Of a stretch of 64,000 nucleotides of DNA, positions 57,302 through 64,000 are shown one piece after another. Under the pieces are notes generated by a model. It made no database searches. It was not told where the DNA came from and saw nothing but the letters and a program-made list of their open reading frames with translations. The stretch covers positions 16,100 through 80,099 of the forward strand of contig DATJPV010000036.1 of the NCBI GenBank assembly GCA_035506195.1, read 5' to 3'. The stretch comes from Patescibacteria group bacterium (GTDB lineage: Bacteria > Omnitrophota > Gorgyraeia > Gygaellales > Profunditerraquicolaceae). Both the position numbers and the translations under genes were made by a program. Positions within the stretch are counted from its first letter, which is position 1. Each line of letters starts with the position of its first letter.

Positions 57302-58105
57302 ATGCATAAAGATTCCGCTTACCGGCTGTCCATTTTCTTTCTGTTGATACTGGTCGTCGTAGAAGGCTTTTTCCTTTTGCGGCTCCTGAAGCCTCCTGCG
57401 GCCAGGGCCGTCAAGCCAAAGCCCAGGCCTGCTGCTGCGGTTGCCAAAGGCAAGATCGCCATAGTCCTTGATGACTGGGGCTATAATCTCAATAATGAGG
57501 CGGTATTGGCGAGGATCAAGTATCCCTTGACGCTTTCGGTGCTGCCGAACCTGCCCTATTCGGTAGCCATCAGCGAGAAGGCGCGCCGCCTGGGCTTTGA
57601 AACCATCCTTCATTTGCCGATGGAGCCGCATGAGAAATACCGCCTGGAACACAATACGATCCTGACCACCATGGATGAAGCGGCTATTACCGGCATCATG
57701 GCGCAGGACCTGAGGGAATTCCCGGGCATCAAGGGCATTTCCAATCATCAGGGTTCCAAGGCTACCGAGGACCCCCGGACGATGAAGATCATCTTTGCGG
57801 AATTGAAGAACCGCGGGCTTTATTTCCTGGACAGCGTCGTATCCGCGCACTCGGTGTGCTCAGGCCTTGCCCGAAGCATGAAAATAGGCTTTGCCCGCAG
57901 GGATGTCTTTCTGGATAATAGCGACAACCCGGAGTATATCAAGGCTCAGCTTCAGAAATTGAAAGCCAAGGCCAGAAGCGCAGGCTACGCCATCGGCATC
58001 GGCCACGACCGCAAGAACACCCTGCAGGTTTTGGAAGAGATGATGCCTCTTTTTGCGCAAGAAGGCTACACATTCGTATTCGTATCGGAGCTTGCCTGGC
58101 AATGA
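57302..58105 (+). CDS. Divergent polysaccharide deacetylase
   Basis: IVLDDWG, LHLPMEP, NHQGS, RDVFLD and IGH. Confidence 0.88.
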   Translation: MHKDSAYRLSIFFLLILVVVEGFFLLRLLKPPAARAVKPKPRPAAAVAKGKIAIVLDDWGYNLNNEAVLARIKYPLTLSVLPNLPYSVAISEKARRLGFETILHLPMEPHEKYRLEHNTILTTMDEAAITGIMAQDLREFPGIKGISNHQGSKATEDPRTMKIIFAELKNRGLYFLDSVVSAHSVCSGLARSMKIGFARRDVFLDNSDNPEYIKAQLQKLKAKARSAGYAIGIGHDRKNTLQVLEEMMPLFAQEGYTFVFVSELAWQ

Positions 58106-59085
58106 TAGTCCTTGGCATCGAAACTTCCTGCGATGAGACTTCCGCGGCCCTGGTGAAAAACGGCCGGGATGTGCTTTCCAATGTGGTTAGTTCCAGCCTT
58201 GCGTTCCACAGCAAATACGGAGGGGTGGTCCCGGAGATCGCCTCGCGCATGCAGCTGGAGGCGATCGTCAAGGTAACAGATACGGCCTTGCGCCAGGCAG
58301 GCATCAAGCGCCAAAATATCGGCCTGGTCTGCGTGACCCACGCTCCGGGGCTCCTGGGTTCTTTGGTCGTGGGGCTTTCTTTTGCCAAGGCGCTGAGCGT
58401 AAGCCTCCGGGTGCCGGTGTTGGGCGTCAACCATCTCTGCAGCCACATCTATGCCAATTTTCTCGATGCCCGGCCGATACGCTTGCCGTTCGTTGCCCTC
58501 ATTATTTCCGGAGGGCATACGAGCCTGTTCTTTGTACGGGACTTCAACGCCATCCGCAGCATCGGCGCTACGCTTGACGATGCCTGCGGGGAGGCCTTTG
58601 ACAAAGTAGCAAAGATCCTCGGGCTGGGGTATCCCGGCGGGCCGCCTATCGAGCGGCTGGCCCTGCGCGGCGATCCGCACAAGTTCAGGTTTAAATGTTC
58701 CGAAACTCGCCGGCCCCTGGATTTCAGTTTCAGCGGGATAAAGACCGCGGTCCTGTATCAGGCCAAAGGCGCGAATGTGCGCGCTCCGGAAAAAGCAGAT
58801 ATTGCCGCTTCTTTTCAGGAGGCGGTGGTTGAGACGGTGGCCAGAAAAGCAATGGCTGCCTGCCGCAGGTACAAAGTCCCCCGGCTGGTAGTAGGAGGAG
58901 GGGTAGCGGCCAACAGCCGGCTGCGCCAAGTTTTCCGGCAGCAAGCCCCGGCAGCAGGCGTAGAGGTGTATTTCCCTCCCAAGCCGCTGTGTATGGATAA
59001 TGCGGCAATGGTTGCCGGGTTAGGTTATCGCCTGTATATGAAGGGCGCGCGTTCGGATTTAAGCCTCGGGGTAGAGCTGAACTAG
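58102..59085 (+). CDS. tsaD: tRNA N6-threonylcarbamoyltransferase
   Basis: GIETSCDET, GGVVPE, SGGHT and DNAAM. Confidence 0.94.
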   Translation: MIVLGIETSCDETSAALVKNGRDVLSNVVSSSLAFHSKYGGVVPEIASRMQLEAIVKVTDTALRQAGIKRQNIGLVCVTHAPGLLGSLVVGLSFAKALSVSLRVPVLGVNHLCSHIYANFLDARPIRLPFVALIISGGHTSLFFVRDFNAIRSIGATLDDACGEAFDKVAKILGLGYPGGPPIERLALRGDPHKFRFKCSETRRPLDFSFSGIKTAVLYQAKGANVRAPEKADIAASFQEAVVETVARKAMAACRRYKVPRLVVGGGVAANSRLRQVFRQQAPAAGVEVYFPPKPLCMDNAAMVAGLGYRLYMKGARSDLSLGVELN

Positions 59086-59108
59086 GGTTTCGTAAAAGGA
59101 GGGACATA

Positions 59109-59549
59109 ATGCTCACGGATCTGCAGATCATCGCACGGCTTACTTTATCCCTGGTATTGAGCGGCCTCATCGGCTTGGAGCGCCAGGTCCATCGCCGCAC
59201 CGCGGGTATGCGTACGCATATCCTGGTATGCCTGGGTTCCTGCCTTATCATGTTGACATCGCTGTATGTTTTTGATATATATAAACAGATAGCGCACCTG
59301 GACCCGACGCGCATCGCTGCCGGCATTACTACCGGCATCGGCTTTTTAGGGGCGGGAGCGATCATCCGCCAGAGAGAGACCGTTGATTCGGTCGTGGGCC
59401 TGACTACCGCGGCCAGCCTCTGGGTGGTCGCGGGTATCGGCATGGCAATAGGGTGCGGGTTTTACATCGCCGGGATATATACGACTGTCCTGGCGCTGGT
59501 CGTGCTTTTCTTTTTCCGGACCTTCGAAGCTAAAATATCGGTGAAGTAG
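59109..59549 (+). CDS. MgtC/SapB-family membrane protein
   Basis: IGLER, AGMRTH, GIGFLGAG and GLTTAA. Confidence 0.9.
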   Translation: MLTDLQIIARLTLSLVLSGLIGLERQVHRRTAGMRTHILVCLGSCLIMLTSLYVFDIYKQIAHLDPTRIAAGITTGIGFLGAGAIIRQRETVDSVVGLTTAASLWVVAGIGMAIGCGFYIAGIYTTVLALVVLFFFRTFEAKISVK

Positions 59550-59569
59550 GACAAAAGGAGGTGGTTGCC

Positions 59570-60073
59570 GTGGCTTTTAAAAAGAAGATTGAAGAAAAAA
59601 TCCTTGATGTGGATGCGTCCATGCAGGGGACCCTGTCGTTCAAGGATCCCGTGAACCTGAGGGTAAACGGCAAATTTGAGGGGAACCTGGAGACCCGCGG
59701 GAACCTGACGATCGGCCCGACCGCCACGGTCATTGCCGATATCATCGGCGACAACATCATCATCGGCGGCAGGATCAAAGGCAAGGTCGTCGCCAAGGAA
59801 AGGCTGACGCTTTTGCCCAGCGCGGTCGTCGAGGGGGAGATCTACCCCGTGAAATTGAATGTTGCCGAAGGGGCGATCTTCGAAGGCAAATGCACCATGC
59901 TCCATGATTTTATGAACGCCGAAGAGCTGGCGCGTTACCTGGAAGTCGATCTCAACGCCATCCTTGACTGGGCCAATAACGGCAAGGTCCCGGGCGCTAA
60001 GGAAGGCAACAACTGGAAGTTCGAGCGCAAGGCGATCGACTCCTGGGTTGCCGCCGGCAAGGTCGGCAAGTAA
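59570..60073 (+). CDS. Bactofilin fused to a C-terminal HTH_17 (excisionase-like) domain
   Basis: Beta-helical repeats ending GAIFEGKC, then FMNAEELARYL...WANNGKVPG.K....WKF. Confidence 0.82.
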   Translation: MAFKKKIEEKILDVDASMQGTLSFKDPVNLRVNGKFEGNLETRGNLTIGPTATVIADIIGDNIIIGGRIKGKVVAKERLTLLPSAVVEGEIYPVKLNVAEGAIFEGKCTMLHDFMNAEELARYLEVDLNAILDWANNGKVPGAKEGNNWKFERKAIDSWVAAGKVGK

Positions 60074-60074
60074 A

Positions 60075-60386
60075 ATGACGGAAGAAAAACTTTTGACGAT
60101 CAGGGATGTTTCCATCGCCCTGGGGGTCTCTGAAAAAGAGGTCATGGACCTGGCAGAGGCAGGGCAGCTGCCCGCATACAAGATCGGCGGAATGTATCTG
60201 CGCTTTAAGGCGCACCAGATCGAGGAGTACAAACGCAAAATGCGCGCCGCCGCGTCTTATCAGCCCACGCAGGAAACGTATTCGCTGGGCGAGAGGATCC
60301 GCGATTTTTTCTATTTCAATGATTTTTACATCCTCTCGGCGCTGCTTATCATGATCATGCTCGTAGTCATATTGCGGGGATATTAA
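60075..60386 (+). CDS. HTH_17 DNA-binding protein with a C-terminal TM helix
   Basis: LLTIRDV...GQLPAYKIGG.YLRF; hydrophobic C-terminus. Confidence 0.8.
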   Translation: MTEEKLLTIRDVSIALGVSEKEVMDLAEAGQLPAYKIGGMYLRFKAHQIEEYKRKMRAAASYQPTQETYSLGERIRDFFYFNDFYILSALLIMIMLVVILRGY

Positions 60387-60392
60387 GATATA

Positions 60393-61061
60393 ATGGCTTC
60401 TACTCGAGGGTTTTGCGACCTGGGTTTTGCAAAATTGGATGTCGACAGGCAAAAGCGGCGCGGTTTTTCGGAAGCGATCTACTGCCCCGGCAAGAGCCGG
60501 GAGCATCTCAAGAAAATCTCCCTTCGGCTGTTGGCTGCCAAGCAGGACCTGCTCCTGACGAAACTGGACCAGCCCACCTACGCGTACTTGAAACGCTCGA
60601 TCCGTTCCCTGCGCTACAATCCTCTGGCAAAGATCGGGTTTTGCGTCCGTACGCGCACGCACGCCCAAAAGGCGGATGTCATAGTCATCTCTGCCGGGAC
60701 TGCGGATGTGCCGGTAGCGGAGGAGGCGGCAGTGACCCTGGAGGTCATGGGCAGCCCGGTGGTCAGGCTTTACGATGTAGGGGTCGCCGGCGTGCACCGG
60801 CTGATGAGCAATCTTGATACCATACGCAAGGCCAAAGTAGTCATCGTCGTTGCCGGGATGGAAGGGGCCCTGGCAAGCCTGGTGAGCGGCCTGGTAAGCG
60901 CTCCGGTCATTGCCGTGCCTACCAGCTGCGGCTACGGAGCCAGTTTCGGCGGCTTGTCGGCACTTCTGACGATGCTCAATAGTTGTTCTCCGGGCGTAGC
61001 AACGGTTAATATCGATAACGGCTTCGGCGCGGGGTATTTCGCGCATTTGATCAATCAATAG
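60393..61061 (+). CDS. larB: Nickel-pincer cofactor biosynthesis protein LarB
   Basis: AGTADVPVAEEA, DVGVAG, AGMEGAL, PTSCGYG and NIDNGFGA. Confidence 0.9.
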   Translation: MASTRGFCDLGFAKLDVDRQKRRGFSEAIYCPGKSREHLKKISLRLLAAKQDLLLTKLDQPTYAYLKRSIRSLRYNPLAKIGFCVRTRTHAQKADVIVISAGTADVPVAEEAAVTLEVMGSPVVRLYDVGVAGVHRLMSNLDTIRKAKVVIVVAGMEGALASLVSGLVSAPVIAVPTSCGYGASFGGLSALLTMLNSCSPGVATVNIDNGFGAGYFAHLINQ

Positions 61062-61077
61062 GAGGTAGTACACGCAC

Positions 61078-62409
61078 ATGGCACTTTCCGGCTTAGATAT
61101 TTATAAACTTTTACCGAAGACCAACTGCAAGGAATGCGGGTTTGCGACCTGCCTTGCGTTTGCGATGCAGCTTGCCAAGAAGGCGGTCAGTATCGAGAAA
61201 TGCCCCTTCTTAAGCGAAGATGCCAAAAAAATGCTGGAGGCTTCGAGCCTGCCGCCCATCAAGCTGGTCACCATAGGACAGCCTGACAGGAAGCTTGAGG
61301 TCGGCAATGAAACGGTGCTCTTCCGCCACGAAGAGAAGTTCCATCATCCTGCCGGTATCGGCTTTATCCTTCAAGACAGCCTCAGCGACGAGCAATTGGC
61401 CAAAAAGGCCCAGGCGATCGACCGCCTGCAATTTGAACGCGTCGGCCAGAAGATAAGCGTTGACCTGGTGGCGCTTGCGCAGACCGGTTCGGCAGAGCGT
61501 TTCCTGAAGGCGGTGCAGCTGGTTTCGCGCACGACCACGCTTAGCATGGCCTTAGTCAGCAATGACCCCGCAGCTCTGCAGCCGGCATTGGAGTTCCTCA
61601 AGGGCAAAAAACCGCTGATATATCCGGACGCAGCCGGAGAGAACATTAGCCGGATAGGCGGCCTGGCGGCAAGCTTCAAGGTTCCCATGGTAGCGGTGGC
61701 GCCCGATCTGGACAAACTGTCGCAGCTGACCAGGGAATTGAACAGCCTCGGCGTCCAGGAACTCCTTCTGGATACGGGCAAAAAACCGCTGGCGGAAAAG
61801 ATATGGGACCTTACCCAGCTGCGCCGGCAGGCGCTTAAAAAATCAAACCGCAGCCTGGGGTATCCGGCGCTGGCCGTGGTGGATTGCGCCGATCCGTACG
61901 AAGAGGTCATGGAAGCAGCGACCTATATCTCAAAGTACGCCGGCATCGTGCTCTTGAAGGGCGATGCGCCGTGGCAGGCGCTGGCATTGTTGACCCTGCG
62001 CCAGAACATTTACACCGACCCCCAGAAACCCCTGCAGATCGAGCCGAAACTCTATCCCATCGGCAATGCCGGGGCTGCCTCACCGGTCCTGGTAACGACG
62101 AATTTTTCGCTTTCATACTATACGGTCCTAGGAGAGGTCGAGGCAAGCAGGGTGCCGTCTTACATCATGAGCGTCGATACCGAGGGCATGTCGGTGCTGA
62201 CGGCCTGGGCAGCAGAGAAGTTCACCCCGGAAAAGATCACCGCATCCCTGAAAAAATTCAACGTCGCCGATACCGTTTCTCACCGGAACCTGGTGATCCC
62301 CGGTTATGTCGCCGTCATGAGCGGCCAACTGGAGGAGGACTCCGGCTGGAAGGTGGTCGTCGGTCCGAAAGAGGCAGCCGGGATACCGTCGTTTTTGAAA
62401 AACCTGTAG
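61078..62409 (+). CDS. acsC: Corrinoid iron-sulfur protein large subunit (CODH/ACS gamma)
   Basis: LPKTNCKECGFATCLAFA, RQNIYTDPQKP, TTNF and SVLTAWAA. Confidence 0.93.
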   Translation: MALSGLDIYKLLPKTNCKECGFATCLAFAMQLAKKAVSIEKCPFLSEDAKKMLEASSLPPIKLVTIGQPDRKLEVGNETVLFRHEEKFHHPAGIGFILQDSLSDEQLAKKAQAIDRLQFERVGQKISVDLVALAQTGSAERFLKAVQLVSRTTTLSMALVSNDPAALQPALEFLKGKKPLIYPDAAGENISRIGGLAASFKVPMVAVAPDLDKLSQLTRELNSLGVQELLLDTGKKPLAEKIWDLTQLRRQALKKSNRSLGYPALAVVDCADPYEEVMEAATYISKYAGIVLLKGDAPWQALALLTLRQNIYTDPQKPLQIEPKLYPIGNAGAASPVLVTTNFSLSYYTVLGEVEASRVPSYIMSVDTEGMSVLTAWAAEKFTPEKITASLKKFNVADTVSHRNLVIPGYVAVMSGQLEEDSGWKVVVGPKEAAGIPSFLKNL

Positions 62410-62410
62410 A

Positions 62411-64000
62411 ATGGAAAAAATAAAAGTTACATTTTATCCCGACCGCACATCCGTAGAGGTAGCAAAAGGCGAGCCTATCCTTTCTGCGCTGTCTGCCGCC
62501 GGCATTCACATTCATTCTGCCTGCGGCGGTAATGGCGGCTGCGGGCGCTGTAAGGTAAAAGTAAAAAGCGGCAAGGTCTGCATGCGGCCTACCGGGCTGA
62601 TCAGCCCGGAAGAGCGCAGCAAAGGGATCTTCCTGGCCTGCCTGACCTCTGCCGAAAGCGACCTGGAGGTCGAAGTACCGCAGGAATCACGCCAGGAATA
62701 CGGCGTCTTGAGCCCTGAGGAGATCGATACCCGCCTGAAGGGCATCTATGCGGCGGCCGAAGACGTGGAGGCTGCCTCCGCCCAGGCCCCGGCGGCCGGC
62801 TTTACCTATGGGCCGCTGGCAACCAAGGTGTATATGGAGCTTTTGCCTCCTGACTTGAATGATAAGACCAGCGACCTGGAAAGGCTGGAACGCCAGATAC
62901 GTTTTGTCGTCAAGAACGCGGACAACATCGCGGTCTCCAACCCCAGCGCAAACCTGACCTTCATCCGCGAACTGGGCAAGCAGCTGCGCAGCGCCAACTG
63001 GAAGGTGACGGTTACCCTCGGCAAGCGCGCCAACGACGCCCTGGAGATGCTTTTGATCGAGCCGCAGGATACCACGGGCCTGAATTACGGCATCTGTTTT
63101 GATATCGGGACAACGACCCTGTCTGCGCAGTTGATCGACTTGAATAACGGCACGGTTCTGGGCACCCGGGGCACCTACAACAAACAAGCCACCTTCGGCA
63201 GCGACGTGATCAGCCGGATCGTATACGCGCATCAGGCAAACGGCCTGGAGAAGCTCCATCAGGCGGTCATCGAAGAATTGAACCGCATGGCGTATGAACT
63301 GATCCTGTCGGAGCATATCCCGACCAACAGCGTCAATTATTTTGTCTGCGCGGGCAATACGACCATGACCCAGCTTCTTTTGCGGGTCGACCCTACGTAT
63401 ATTCGCAAAGAGCCGTATGTGCCGACCGCCAATTTTTTTCCTGTCGTCAACGCCCACGACGAAGGCTTTAAGCTCAATCAGCATGCGCTCCTGGCCTGCG
63501 TCCCCGGGGTATCCAGTTATGTCGGCGGGGATGTGACTGCGGGCGTCTTATCCAGCGGCCTGGACACCCAGGAGCACTTGTGCATGCTTATCGATATCGG
63601 CACTAACGGCGAGATCGTGGTGGGGAACAAGGAATTTCTGATCTCTGCCGCTGCTTCGGCAGGGCCGGCGTTCGAAGGCTCCGGGGTAGCCTGCGGGATG
63701 CGGGCATCGCCGGGGGCGATACAGAAAGTCAAGATCAGCCCGCGTACTTTCGAGGTATCCTGCGAAGTGATCGGCAAGATCCTTCCGCAGGGCATCTGCG
63801 GCTCGGGGTATATCGACGCCATATCCGGCATGCTGCAGGCGGGCCTATTGGATAAGAACGGCAAGATAAGGGCGCGTTCCCATCCCCGTATCCGGCAGAC
63901 AGATTCCGGCAAAGAATTCGTGCTGGTGCACAAAGAAGACTGCGATACGGCTTACGATATTGTTATTACCGAAGCGGACATCGAGAACATAAAACGGGCA
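62411..64000 (+). CDS. Corrinoid reductive activator (RACo/AcsV; 2Fe-2S plus ASKHA), truncated by the window end
   Basis: MEKIKVTF...CGGNGGCGRC ferredoxin, DIGTTT, DIGTNGE, AGPAFEG and GICGSG. Confidence 0.88.
   Translation, partial: MEKIKVTFYPDRTSVEVAKGEPILSALSAAGIHIHSACGGNGGCGRCKVKVKSGKVCMRPTGLISPEERSKGIFLACLTSAESDLEVEVPQESRQEYGVLSPEEIDTRLKGIYAAAEDVEAASAQAPAAGFTYGPLATKVYMELLPPDLNDKTSDLERLERQIRFVVKNADNIAVSNPSANLTFIRELGKQLRSANWKVTVTLGKRANDALEMLLIEPQDTTGLNYGICFDIGTTTLSAQLIDLNNGTVLGTRGTYNKQATFGSDVISRIVYAHQANGLEKLHQAVIEELNRMAYELILSEHIPTNSVNYFVCAGNTTMTQLLLRVDPTYIRKEPYVPTANFFPVVNAHDEGFKLNQHALLACVPGVSSYVGGDVTAGVLSSGLDTQEHLCMLIDIGTNGEIVVGNKEFLISAAASAGPAFEGSGVACGMRASPGAIQKVKISPRTFEVSCEVIGKILPQGICGSGYIDAISGMLQAGLLDKNGKIRARSHPRIRQTDSGKEFVLVHKEDCDTAYDIVITEADIENIKRA

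Noticed and set aside
59900-60386. Excisionase-like HTHs as a prophage or ICE remnant
   Set aside because: No integrase or phage genes; the domains are fused to bactofilin or a TM helix inside a housekeeping operon
1-64000. Numerous long antisense or alternate-frame ORFs in the track (e.g. 8261-9436 minus, 59997-61079 minus, 13343-14182 plus)
   Set aside because: They shadow well-supported genes on the other strand or frame, lack motifs, and are expected at this GC content

Overview
This is a gene-dense, mostly plus-strand chromosomal segment of an anaerobic Gram-negative bacterium. It is most likely PVC superphylum and Omnitrophota-like, inferred from the PVC 'small basic protein', the heptose/LPS genes and the Wood-Ljungdahl acsC plus RACo-type activator at the right edge. 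Most of the window is housekeeping: pfkA, gmhA, thiC, dgt, aroB, dnaG-rpoD, ruvCA, scpB, pheA-hisC-aroF-tyrA-cmk, lepAB, gatCAB, tsaD, three tRNAs and RNase P RNA. A c-di-GMP theme recurs, with two HD-GYP proteins, three PilZ proteins and a c-di-GMP-I riboswitch. The stand-out is the accessory block at about 44.4-52.8 kb. It holds a chaperone-usher-like fimbrial operon (CBM-like lectin, major subunit, two minor subunits, PapD-like chaperone, atypical usher-like barrel) preceded by two orphan structured RNAs and LacI-type operators. Facing it is a convergent unit under a c-di-GMP riboswitch, encoding a ribbon-helix-helix-like protein and a 73-aa secreted protein. The mature N-terminus of that small protein copies the major subunit's putative donor strand, so it is a candidate 'donor-strand-only' pilus terminator or decoy. 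I saw no CRISPR array, integrase or transposase. All calls come from reading motifs; no database searches were run.
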